Shown here piece by piece: positions 38,128-50,604 of a DNA stretch of 64,000 nucleotides (its first letter is position 1; each line of letters opens with the position of its first letter). The DNA lies in contig OZ024740.1 of assembly GCA_964016885.1 (NCBI GenBank), positions 304,978,001 to 305,042,000 of the forward strand, given 5' to 3'. Source of the stretch: Eledone cirrhosa (Eukaryota). A program made the translations under genes and the position numbers. Under the pieces are notes generated by a model. The model searched no databases, was not told the origin of the DNA, and saw only the letters and a list, made by a program, of their open reading frames with translations.

Positions 38128-39630
38128 AATTGCTACAAAGGTAAAGGGGATGCTTTGGAGAGGAGCAATTATAGGGGTATAAAACTGATAGATCAGGTTA
38201 TGAAAGTGGCAGAAAGGATTTTAGCACAACTAATTAGAGAAAGGGTCAAACTAGATGAGATGCAGTTTGGTTTTGTGCCTGGGAAGAGTACAACAGATGC
38301 CCTCTTCTTGGTGAGACAATTGCAAGAGAGGTTCTTAGAGAAGAATAAGCCACTATACTTAGCCTTTGTTGACCTAGAGAAGGCTTTTGATAGGGTACCC
38401 CGATCTGTCATCTGCTGGTCCCTAAGGAAGCTAGGTGTTGAGGAATGGCTTGTGAGGACAGCGCAAACTTTGTACAGAAGTACTCTCAGTAAAGTCAGGG
38501 TAGGAATGGAGTTTAGTGAGGAATTCCAGATACAAGTAGGAGTACATCAGGGTTCGGTCCTCAGCCCGCTCTTGTTCATTATAGTCCTCCAAGCCATAAC
38601 AAAGGAGTTTAAGACTGGCTGTCCATGGGAACTTCTCTATGCTGACGATCTGGTTCTTATAGCAGAATCAGTAGAGGAGCTAGAGAATAAATTCTGGCTA
38701 TGGAAACAGCAGTTGGAAGCAAGAGGACTGAGAGTGAACCTAGCTAAGACAAAAGTGTTGATGAGTAGAAAAGAGGACAAAACGCTGATTCCGTTAGGGA
38801 AATGGCCATGTTCGATATGCAGAAAAGGAACTGGCATAAATTCTATAAAATGCACACAATGCAGATCCTGGGTACACAAGAGATGTAGCGGGATAGCAGG
38901 CAAACTAACAGGTAGGGAGAAATATGTATGCAGTAGATGTACAGGGAAATTAGACAGTAGAAGTCGCATTGATAGACACATTTTTCAAATGCAGGAGGGC
39001 GCTATAGAAGTGGTGGATAGCTTCCGGTACCTAGGAGATCAGACTAGCATGGGAGGAGGGTGTTCCGAGGCCATAGTATCTAGAATAAGGACGGGTTTGA
39101 AAAAGTTTAGGGAGCTGCTTTCTCTGTTGACGAAGAAGGGTTTCTCCCTGCGTACGAAAGGCCGGTTGTATGATGCCTGTGTGAGGAGCGCGATGCTGCA
39201 TGGTAGTGAGACATGGGCAGCAACTGCAGAGGATATGCGACGGCTGGAGAGAAATGAGGCAAGCATGCTCCGTTGGATGTGCAGTGTAAATGTGCGTGAA
39301 CGACCCAGCATAAATGTGTTGAGAGAGAAACTGTGTCTGAGAGGGATAGAATGTAGTGTACGGGAGAGGAGACTGAGGTGGTATGGACATGTGATGCGCA
39401 TGGAGGATGACCGATGGGTGAAGAAGTGCCAGGAATTGCCATTTGAAGGAAGACGTGGTAGAGGTAGACCACCTAAAACATGGGCGGAGGTGGTGAGAAC
39501 AGACCTCAGATCATTGAAGCTCACGGTGGAGTTGACGAAGGACCGTGACGAGTGGAGAGATGCTGTGCTGAATAAGACCCGTCCCACCCTTGCAAGCAGG
39601 GAAAAGCGGACGTAAAATGATGATGATGAT
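38128..39630 (+). mobile_element. RTE LINE (no-UTR family), 5'-truncated, remaining frame open
   Basis: 486-aa open frame with RT motifs, PHD finger and C-terminus [12 protein letters not shown], directly followed by (GAT)n. Confidence 0.97.
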
Positions 39631-39868
39631 ATATATAAATGAAAATAGAGAAATTAATGTGAGCAAGAAGCCAACAGTAATTCATATATATAAGTGACTA
39701 TAAAGTCAAGATGGAAAATATTTAACATAAGATATGGGAAAAATAATTCAATCTCAATTCAAAAAAAGTCAAGACAGAAATTTTATCCACAGATTTTGTG
39801 TAATCCAGGGAAAAAAACAATAGAGTCTTAACTCAGAATAAAATTAAGGGTAAATACTTATCCTTCAA

Positions 39869-41233
39869 TTTTGGTTTTGTGCCTGGGAAGAGTACAACAG
39901 ATGCCTTCTTCTTGGTGAGACAATTGCAAGAGAGGTTCTTAGAGAAGAATAAGCCACTATACTTAACCTTTGTTGACCTAGAGAAGGCCTTTGATAGGGT
40001 ACCCCGATCTGTCATCTGCTGGTCCCTAAGGAAGCTAGGTGTTGAGGAATGGCTTGTGAGGACAGTGCAAACTTTGTACAGAGGTACTCTCAGTAAAGTC
40101 AGGGTAGGAATGGAGTTTAGTGAGGAATTCCAGATAGAAGTAGGAGTACATCAGGGTTCGGTCCTCAGCCCGCTCTTGTTCATTATAGTCCTCCAAGCCA
40201 TAACAAAGGAGTTTAAAACTGGCTGTCCATGGGAACTTCTCTATGCTGACGATCTGGTTCTTATAGCAGAATCAGTAGAGGAGCTAGAGAATAAATTCTG
40301 GCTATGGAAACAGCAGTTGGAAGCAAGAGGACTGAGAGTGAACCTAGCTAAGACAAAAGTGTTGATGAGTAGAAAAGAGGACAAAACGCTGATTCCGTCA
40401 GGGAAATGGCCATGTTCGATATGCAGAAAAGGAACTGGCATAAATTCTATAAAATGCACACAATGCAGATCTTGGGTACACAAGAGATGTAGCGGGATAG
40501 CAGGCAAACTAACAGGTAGGGAGAAATATGTATGCAGTAGATGTACAGGGAAATTAGACAGTAGAAGTCGCATTGATAGACACATTTTTCAAATGCAGGA
40601 GGGCGCTATAGAAGTGGTGGATAGCTTCCGGTACCTAGGAGATCAGACTAGCATGGGAGGAGGGTGTTCCGAGGCCATAGTATCTAGAATAAGGACGGGT
40701 TTGAAAAAGTTTACGGAGCTGCTTTCTCTGTTGACAAAGAAGGGTTTCTCCCTGCGTACAAAAGGCCGGTTGTATGATGCCTGTGTGAGGAGCGCGATGC
40801 TGCATGGTAGTGAGACATGGGCAGCAACTGCAGAGGATATGCGACGGCTGGAGAGAAATGAGGCAAGCATGCTCCGTTGGATGTGCAGTGTAAATGTGCG
40901 TGAACGACCCAGCATAAATGTGTTGAGAGAGAAACTGTGTCTGAGAGGGATAGAATGTAGTGTACGGGAGAGGAGACTGAGGTGGTATGGACATGTGATG
41001 CGCATGGAGGATGACCGATGGGTGAAAAAGTGCCAGGAAATACCAGTTGAAGGAAGACGTGGTAGAGGTAGACCACGAAAAACATGGGCGGAGGTGGTGA
41101 GAACAGACCTCAGATCATTGAAGCTCACGGTGGAGATGACGAAGGACCGTGACGAGTGGAGAGATGCTGTGCTGAATAAGACCCGTCCCACCCTTGCAAG
41201 CAGGGAAAAGCGGACGTAAAATGATGATGATGA
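39869..41233 (+). mobile_element. RTE LINE, near-identical second copy
   Basis: 446-aa open frame with few substitutions relative to 38155..39615. Confidence 0.97.
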
Positions 41234-41244
41234 TTATATATATA

Positions 41245-42700
41245 TGTATTGAGTACCTTACTTACTGTGGTTACCTCCGATTCAACCGGGAATAACTTAT
41301 CTTTTAACACTCCTAGTGCCCATCGTAACCATGACCAAATTCGACCTTGATATCTCCATGAAGAACATCCCCATCTCTTCAAGGAAACTTTACCTAAAAA
41401 CACACATCAGACGTACAGACGAGTTCATCAAGCGAATCCGATGGAGAGCCTTCTTCCTTGACAACCCTGATGTAGCATCTACCAATGATGAGAAGTTCGG
41501 CTTCAAAGCGAATAAGGCACCACCCACCAACAGCCTACTTGAACCATTTGAGGAAGACCTCTTCAAGATGATCAAGGATATCAAATTTCGTAGAGCCAAC
41601 ACACCATTCCAGGCCTACTTAAATACTGAAATGTGGAATATGAAAAATTCCCCCAATATCCATGTCTCTTCCGATAAAACCAAAAACGTTTATGAGGTAG
41701 ACCCACAGACCTATAATAAGCTGGCAAAAAATGCCATCACAACCACCTACAAAAAGGTAAATGAGATGGCATTGACTGAGACAAATGTGGCCGGAAAAGA
41801 AATCGCCAAGTCCCTTAAAATACACGACCGAACGGAACCTTTAAAGATAAACATTTTACCCTGAAAGACCACAAGGGAAACTTCCTCAACAAACCATCAG
41901 TCAGACTTATCAACCCTACCATCATTGCGGGCTGCCTCAACACTCCCACTCTGGAGCAGAACATCTGAGGCAATTTCTTGGTTACAAGAATTGCCCGACA
42001 AATGCCACACGCGCTTCCTGCAACTCGACATAGAAGACTACTATGCTTCTACCTCAGAGCCCCTCCTGAAGAATGCACTTACTTTTGCCAGGAACTTTAC
42101 CACCATAACAGACGCTGAGCAAGATGTAATCCTCCATGCCCGTAAGACCTTCCTACACCACGAGGGATCTTACTGGATCAACAAGAAGTCTCAGACCCCC
42201 TTTGACGTCAGCATGGGAGCGAGTGATTCGGCCGAAATAAGCGACCTCGTGGACCTGTACATTTTACTGGCCTCACCGGAGGTTTATACCGAGACGATGG
42301 CCTCTTCCCCTTGCACAAGGTTAACCCCAGAACCACCGATGGGTTTCAGAGAAACTTAAGCTCGTTCTTCCGTAATCTAGGATTTAGTATAACCATAGAA
42401 TCTAATATGACTAGGGCCAACTTTTTAGATGTCACTCTCAACCTAGATACTTCCCTCTATTACCCATACCACAAACCTAACGAGTCCCTTAGATATATTA
42501 ATGTTAATTCTAACCACCCCAAAAACATCACTGATAACTTAGTAAAAAGCGTCTCTATTAGAATCTCTGGCCTCTCGGCCAATGAAGATATTTTTAACGC
42601 CTCTGCCTCCTACTACAATGACGCCCTCGCCCGCAGCGGATTTAAAGAAAAGATAACTTACCTAGAAACCACCGCAAGACTACCTAGGAGGAATAGGCAT
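41245..42700 (+). mobile_element. Penelope-like element RT, frameshifted and 3'-truncated (possibly Naiad-type)
   Basis: SMKNIP..FIKRIRWRAFF, SDKT, FLQLDIEDYYAS, FDVSMGASDSAEISDLV, GLYRDDGL, NFLDVTLNL, YHKPN..YINVNSNHP. Confidence 0.88.
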
Positions 42701-42926
42701 ATTATATATATGTATGTATGTATACGTACATACATATATGTATACAGACGTACAGTAGTATGTATATATATACATACATGCACACATATATATATGTACG
42801 TATCGGTTTACCGAACATTTATTATAATGTTCGGTTTGTTTGTTTGTAAACAAACAAACAGCCTGAATTACGCCGTACAGTGTTCAAGCAACCATCGTCG
42901 CTCTTTTGTTCAACACTGACACAGGA

Positions 42927-42969
42927 ACGATGTACTAGTTTCAAGCTTATTAGCTATCGTCAGCATCGT
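42927..42969 (-). ncRNA. Minimal type I hammerhead ribozyme
   Basis: acgatg-CTGACGA-tagctaataagctt-GAAA-CTAGTA-catcgt: 6-bp stem I, palindromic ACTAGT stem III, GUA cleavage triplet. Confidence 0.88.
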
Positions 42970-43665
42970 ATACCTTTCTGCCAGATGATTGAACGTCTGA
43001 AAGTATATACTTTCCTTATGCAGCTGAGCAGCCTAATTTGCATATCGAGTGAGTTAGTCGGCCGGGCGCACCGAAAACGATAAATGGAAAAGAATGAAAC
43101 GAAATTTCATTTCTCACTTAGTATGGCTGATACTTAAATGTAAGTATGTATGTATACGTACATACATATATGTATACAGACGTACAGTAGTATGTATATA
43201 TATACATACATGCACACACATATATATGTACGTATCGGTTTACTGAACATTTATTATAATGTTCGGTTTGTTTGTTTGTAAACAAACAAACACACTGTAC
43301 GGCGTAATTCGGGCTGTTTGTTTGTTTACAAACAAACAAACCGAACATTATAATAAATGTTCGGTAAACCGATACGTACATATATATATATGTGTGCATG
43401 TATGTATATATATATAGATACTACTGTACGTCTGTATACATATATGTATGTACGTATACATACATACTTACATTTAAGTATCAGCCTTACTAAGAGTGAG
43501 AAATGAAATTTCGTTTCATTCTTTTCCATTTATTATATATATCTTATATATATATATCTTATATATATATATTATATATATATTATATATATATATTATA
43601 TATATATATTATATATATATATTATATATATATATTATATATATATTATATATATATATCATATA

Positions 43666-44701
43666 TCTACTATATAAATTGGAAGTGGTCGGACGTTGTA
43701 TATTTAAGTAATTAGGTGTAGTCAGATAAACCTCGAAACGGCTTGGTGGAATGCAGCGAAAATTTACACAGTTATGCAGAATGACCCGAGGAGGCGTTGG
43801 GTCGACTTTTAGGGTACAAGCTTCCATGGTTACGGAGAAAATCGATGAAACAGGAATTTCCCATTCAAATTGAACTGAGAGTAATCTGTGAACTCAGAAG
43901 TAAATATTTCGAGAAACGTTCCAACCGAACGAAAACAGGAAGACGATATTTTGGTTCGTGAAGACGTTCCCTGGCAATGAACGGAAAAAAAAGCGAGGAT
44001 AATACGTCGTTATGTGGAGCGAGAAGAACAATTTCATGCAAAGAGTTTATGGTGTAAATGGAGTCGTTAGACTAATATTCTATTTAACATAACAGAATGA
44101 TTTCCAGCCCTGGAGTTTAAGAATGATGTAAATAAAATTGAAAACGAAAATGACAAAGGTTATTAAAATGGTAAAAGTAAATAGTGAAGATTTAGGCCAG
44201 TACATACATATGCCCCGACGGACATACACATACATACGCACACACAAATACATACCCCCCCCCCCCACATACACACACGAGCGAGCGCGCGCGTGTATAA
44301 ACCATATGCATTTCTACAGTATTTTCACCAAACTTAAGACATGGGTTACTTATGTACTCCGGATGGTCATGGGCACTTTCATAGGGCCTCCCGGCAGATA
44401 ACCCCCTTTACCCACTTCCTTGGAGTAGACTGAAGAACTGCAGTGCAATGAAACAAAACGTCATAACTTCTGGAGTTTGCAACCGATTTTCACAAAACTT
44501 GACACATGGGCTACGTTTGTCCTACAGATGAATGTGAACTCTCAGAATTGGCACATGTTGAGTAGGGGACCCCTGGGGCCAGGAACCCTCTTTTGGAAAA
44601 AGCCAATGATTTTGTAAAAGTATAGTTTTCGAAGTAGCACTGAAGTATTGACATAAATGGTATACACAACTGCTATTTAATACCCGAGCAACCTCTGCTA
44701 G
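43666..44701 (+). mobile_element. Non-autonomous Helitron
   Basis: A|TCTACTATATAAA 5' end. 3' end cccgagcaac..ctgCTAG|T resembles 24614-24641. Confidence 0.75.
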
Positions 44702-44736
44702 TTATATATATATTATATATATATATATATTATATA

Positions 44737-45481
44737 TCATCATCTTCGTTTAACGTCCATTTTCCACGCTAGCATGGGTTAGACGGGAGTTGTCCCACTT
44801 GAGGCAAGGCTGGTCGGGTGACCATGTCTCGCTCATATAGGACTATCTGGCAGGTTTTCTACGGCTAGATGCCCTTCCTAACACCAACCACATTTACTGT
44901 GTGGAACTGGGAACTTTTTACCGTGTTACCTACACGGCCACATTACAGCGTAGACTGTGTGTTTTTTTTGTCGTGACACCTACACGATCTCATTTTCTCG
45001 TGCTGTTGGTGGGAGTGGGAGGATAGGGTAGGGGTAGTGGATTGGGGTGTATATTTGGTTAAGAGGTGCCTACTGACTGTAGGTTTCGCTTTGTACATAG
45101 GCAAGGCGGGTCTTCTGTATTACTGCGTAGCGCCAAAGATCTCAGTCCAGAGACATTGTCTTAGAGAGATGCAAGTGTGTGAGGTCGGAATTTATCAGAT
45201 CATCCCAGGTTTTTCTGGGTCTACCTACTCCTTAACTACCATCAATTTTGATCGCCCTGCACTTTTTTATGCAGCTGTCGTCTTTCATGCGCATCATGTA
45301 ACCATACCAACGTAGTCTTCTCTCAAGTAAACAGCATCTGATCCTTCTTATTCCTAATTTCTCACTTAGTTCATTTATGCTTTGCCGTTCACGTATATTA
45401 CTATTACACATCCAACGGAGCATGCATGCTTCGTTCCTTTCCAGTCTATGCAGGTCCTCTGCACGTAATGCCCATGTCTCA
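44737..45481 (-). mobile_element. RTE LINE 3' portion, long-3'UTR family
   Basis: ETWALRAEDLHRLERNEACMLRWMC..., then 3'UTR and tail. Confidence 0.93.
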
Positions 45482-45969
45482 CGTGTTATTTGCATCAAAT
45501 AACAGCTCTCATGGATTGGGGAAAATGCTAGAGAGGGCAGCCCAACCATTCGAATTTATTAGCTCAACATTCGAATTTATTAGCCGTTATTTGATGCAAA
45601 TAACATGTGATTTCGCCCTACTCTGGGCAGCGTGTATATTAGCTTTCTCTCTATCCATGAGGTTAGATGTGTCGTGAACAGAATCCACATTTGCTGACTG
45701 AGGATCCTGTGGCCTGTTATACTGCACATGTCGGTGGTGAAACGAACGAGATTCGTATCAGCAAACTTATAGTTATAAGGTTGGTAATTTAAAAATCTAA
45801 TTCAGAGATTTGATTCTGACTTGGTTTTTTTCTATTTAATTGCTAAACCTGTAGATATTGTTCTCTATACAGTAACGGTAAAACTCACTTGTAATAATTC
45901 TTTACACACTTCTCACTGTGTAACACACTTCTTTTTGTGCAATATATTTGTATATATATATATATATAT

Positions 45970-47605
45970 ATCATCATCATCATCGTTTAACGTCCATGTT
46001 CCACGCTTGCATAGGTTTGGATGGGAGTTTTCCCACTTGAGGCAAGAGTGGTTGTCTTGCTCGCATAGGACTGTCTGGCGGGTTTTCTACAGCTGGATGC
46101 CCTTCCTAACACCAACCGCATTTACAGTGTGGGACTGGGAGGTTTTTACCATGTTACCTACACGGCCACATTACAGCGTGGACTGTGTGTTTTTTTGTCG
46201 TGACGCCTACACGATCTCATTTGTTTCGGCCTGGATGTTGTGGCACCAACATAACTTTACATTGAAAGGGGCGGTCTGGATGGGTGGGGGTGGTGGGACG
46301 GGGGTGTATTTTGTTAGAGGTGCCTACTGACTGTAGTAGGTTTTACTTTGTATTTAGGTAAGGCGGGTCTTCTCTATTACTGAGTACCGCCAAAGATCTC
46401 GGTCCAGTGACATTGTCTTGGAGAGGTGTAAGTGTGTGGGGTCGGAATTTATCAGGTCGTCCCAGGTTTTTCTGGGTCTGCCTACTCCGTGGCTACCGTC
46501 TATTTTTATCGCCTTGCACTTTTTAATACAGCTCTCGTCTTTCATGCGCATCACGTGACCATACCAACGTAGCCTTCTCTCGAGTAAACAACATCTGATC
46601 CCTCTTATTTCTAATTTTTCCCTTAGTTCATTTATGCTTTGCCGTTCACGTATATTTCTATTACACATCCAGCGGAGCATGCAAGCTTCGTTCCTCTCTA
46701 GTCTGCGTATATCCTCTGCACACAATGGCCAGGTCTCACTGCCATGCAACATTGCTGTTCGTATGCAGGCATCATACAACCTGCCTTTCATTTTTAGGGA
46801 GAACCCTTTAGCGGCTAATAGTGGTATAAGCTCTCTGAACTTTTTCCATCCAGTTCTGACTCTAGCTACTGTACTTTCAGAGCACCCTCCCCCACTGCTG
46901 ATTTTGTCACCCAGGTAACGGAAGCTGTCCACTATTTCTATAGAACCCTCTGCGCAATTGAAAGAGCTAGTATTTTGTGGGCACTTGCTGCTACTTATTG
47001 CACCAGAGCACCGGCCACATGTAAAATCTATGTTCTTAGTTAGCTTACCTGTGATCCCACTACATCTTTTATGCACCCATACTTTGCATTTGGGACATAA
47101 AATGGAGTTTCTACCTACGCCTTTCCTACACACTGAGCATGACCATTTCCCGGAAGAGACCGGCACCTTATTTTCTTTCCTACAAACTAGAACTTTAGTC
47201 TTAGCCAGGTTGATTTTAAGGCCTTTTGATTCTAGGCCGTGCTTCCATGTTTGGAATTTCTTCTCTAGCTCGGCCATTGATTCAGCTATGAGCGTTAGAT
47301 CATCTGCGTATAGGAGTTCCCATGGGCAGCCGGTCTTGAACTCCACTGTTATAGCTTGATGGGCAATCATAAATAGTAGGGGGCTAAGAACAGAGCCCTG
47401 ATGAACACCAACTTTTACGCTAAACTCTTCACTATATTCGTTGTTAATTCTAACCTTGCTGACTGTTTCTTTATACATGGTTTGTATAGCTCTCACAAGC
47501 CATTCATCAACACCTAGTTTTCTAAGAGCCCACCAGATAATGGAACGGGGGACTCTGTCGAAGGCTTTCTCCAAGTCGACAAAAGCTAAGTATAGGGGTT
47601 TACTT
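45970..47605 (-). mobile_element. RTE LINE, 5'-truncated, open 406-aa frame, long 3'UTR
   Basis: ORF 46354..47574 has RT and PHD; the ~380-bp 3'UTR ends in (GAT)n. Confidence 0.96.
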
Positions 47606-47613
47606 ATATATAC

Positions 47614-47644
<31 letters not shown>

Positions 47645-47900
47645 TATCATTGTACGACAACTACAGGAGAAGTACCTAGCTAAAAGTAAACCCCTATACT
47701 TAGCTTTTGTCGACTTGGAGAAAGCCTTCGACAGAGTCCCCCGTTCCATTATCTGGTGGGCTCTTAGAAAACTAGGTGTTGATGAATGGCTTGTGAGAGC
47801 TATACAAACCATGTATAAAGAAACAGTCAGCAAGGTTATATATATATATATATATTATATATATATATTATATATTATATATATATTATATATATATAAG

Positions 47901-48056
47901 GGCGGTGGATTGGCAGTATCGGTAGAGAGTCGGACACCATGCTTTCCAGCATAGTTACGTCCCTTTATGGTCTGAGTTCAAATCCCGCCGAGGTTAACTT
48001 TGCCTTTTATCCTTACGGGGTCGATAAAATAAAGTACCAGTAATGTACTGAGTAAT
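47901..48056 (+). mobile_element. tRNA-derived SINE, 3'-truncated and running into (GAT)n
   Basis: Family sequence up to gtactgagtaat, then gatgatgat. Confidence 0.88.
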
Positions 48057-48120
48057 GATGATGATGATGATACATATATATATATATCATATATATTATA
48101 TACGGACGTAAAATGATGAT

Positions 48121-48157
<37 letters not shown>

Positions 48158-48159
<2 letters not shown>

Positions 48160-48877
48160 TCATTATCATTTTACGTCCGCTTTTTCTTGCTTGCAAGGGT
48201 TGGATGGGTCCTATTTAGCACAGCATCTCTCCTCTTGTCACGGTCCTTCGCCATCTCCTTGGTAAGTATCAGCGATTTGAGGTCTGCTCTCACAACCTCT
48301 GCCCATGTTGTAAGTGGTCTACCACTACTGCATCTTCCTTCTACTGGGATTTCTTGGTACTTCTTTACCCAGCGATCATTCTCCATGCGCATCCCATATC
48401 CATACCATCTCTGTCTTCTTTCCTGCACACCACAACTTATCCCTCTTATACCCAGTTTCTTTCTCAACTCGTCTATGCTGGGTCATTCACGCACATTAAC
48501 ATTGCACATCCAACGGAGCATACTTGCTTCATTTCTCTCAAGCCATCGCATATCCTCTGCAGTTGCTGCCCATGTCTCACTACCATGCAGCATCGCGCAT
48601 CTCACACAGGCATCATATAACCATCCTTTTGTACGCAGGGAGAAACCCTTCTTTATCAACAAAAGAAGCAGCTCCCTAAACTTCTTCCAACCCATCCTTA
48701 TTCTAGATACTATGGCCTGGGACACCCCCGCTCCCATGCTAATCTGATCACCTAGGTACCGGAAGCTATCAACCACTTCTATAGAACCCACCTGCATTGG
48801 AAAAACGTGTCTATCACTGCGATTACTACTGCCAACTTTCCCTGTACATCTACTGCATCTGTAGTTTTCCCTACCTG

Positions 48878-48878
<1 letters not shown>
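48158..48878 (-). mobile_element. RTE LINE 3' portion, no-UTR family
   Basis: ORFs 48483..49016 and 48171..48467 match the C-terminal half of 38155..39615. Confidence 0.93.
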
Positions 48879-48913
<35 letters not shown>

Positions 48914-49981
48914 GGGATAACAGGTTATCGTTATAGGCAGTCCACTTAGATGTAGTCCAGTTAGAGTACTCCGTGTAGTAGATAGTATTAACGTATGGCT
49001 TAGTTTGACTCAACAAGACGTTTCCATAGTGATGCTGCGAGTTCGCGGTGATATCTATGTAGTTTATACTTGGAATATTTAAACCACCGTGATTCGAACC
49101 AACATCACTTAGCTTTTAACATATGAAATTCGCATTCTCCCACAGCCTACTACAGAACCATAATCTTCTATAAGCACCTTCTAGCCTCCTTAATTCTATA
49201 CTACTGGGATGTGGCAGTGATGCCTACAACTATCTTATCAGCCCATAAATCAATCCCATCTTTGCTGTTGTTCACTCCTTCGGACCAAACAATTATATCT
49301 CACATTAGCACTCATGATCTCTAACAGATGAACTTAATTCTAAGTACATTATCTTATTACTCCTACACTCCTTGAAATCTTACTTTCCTCTTATTATTCT
49401 TATTATTATTATGAACATCTCAATGTATCCCTAATATTATTCATCATGTTCTCTATATCTACCATGCATATTTTACTATTTTATTACCTTTATTGTTTCT
49501 ATTATTGTTGTTATTACTGTCTTATTTATACACGATTTGTTATTGATGCTGTGAAAACTAAACCCCCATGATTCGAACTAACAATCCCTACCTTTAGTAT
49601 AGGCCACTTAAATAACGAATCTACAACTCCACTTATCACCACATAAAAACTATCATCCTCACTAAATTAATAAAACGAAAATGTTTATCTGTCAAACAAT
49701 AAGTAAATCTTCGGTTCATTGCCAGCATACCTACAACATAGCAGATACCTCATAAATCCTGTCTTCAAGTACATTTTAGTGGTTACTGTTATCTAGTCGC
49801 CACCTTAACACTATATCTAATGTACTCTATAGCAGTTTTCACATGTCAATTTCATACATCTGTATCATATCAGTTTGTTTAACATGCTAGATTCATCATT
49901 ATACTCTATTTCTTACTTATATTGATGATGTTATTTTAACTATTTGCTATCTAGTTATTTTATTTTATTATTGATATTATT

Positions 49982-50182
49982 GTACCAAGAAATCCCAGCA
50001 GAAGGAAGATGAAGTAGAGGTAGACCACTTAAAACATGGGCAGAGGTTGTGAGAGTAGACCTCAGATCGCTGATACTTACCGAGGAGATGACGAAGGACC
50101 GTGACAAATGGAGAGATGCTGTGCTAAATAGGACCCGTCCAACCCTTGCAAGCAGGAAAAAGCGGACGTAAAATGATGATGA

Positions 50183-50232
<50 letters not shown>

Positions 50233-50343
50233 TATATAATATATATAATATATTATCATCATCATTTTACGTCCGCTTTTCCCTGTTTGCAAGGGTGGGA
50301 CGGGTCTTATTCAGCACAGCATCTCTCCACTAGTCATGGTCCT
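49982..50343. mobile_element. Two RTE 3' ends, tail-to-tail across (TA)n
   Basis: 49982-50186 (+) and 50255-50343 (-). Confidence 0.9.
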
Positions 50344-50344
50344 G

Positions 50345-50531
50345 GGCGGTGAATTGGCAGTATCGGTCGAGGGTCGGACGCCATGCTTTCCAGCATAGTT
50401 ACGTCCCTTTATGATCTGAGTTCAAATCCCGCCGAGGTTGACTTTGCCTTTCATCCTTAAGGGGTCGATAAAATAAAGTACCAGTAATGCACTGGGTAAT
50501 TGCTGGCCTTGTGCCTAAAGTAGAAACAATT
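50345..50531 (+). mobile_element. tRNA-derived SINE
   Basis: Full copy, near-identical to the reverse complement of 8306-8492. Confidence 0.92.
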
Positions 50532-50604
50532 ATTGATATTATTGTTCTGGTTTAATACCACACCTATATAAAAGCCATGCCTTGTGCATCATCTTCATTT
50601 TGCG

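Noticed and set aside
43030-43045. Octamer ATTTGCAT upstream of a hammerhead (also ATGCAAAT at 12865) as an snRNA-type promoter
   Set aside because: An 8-mer is expected by chance in AT-rich DNA, and no proximal sequence element was recognisable.
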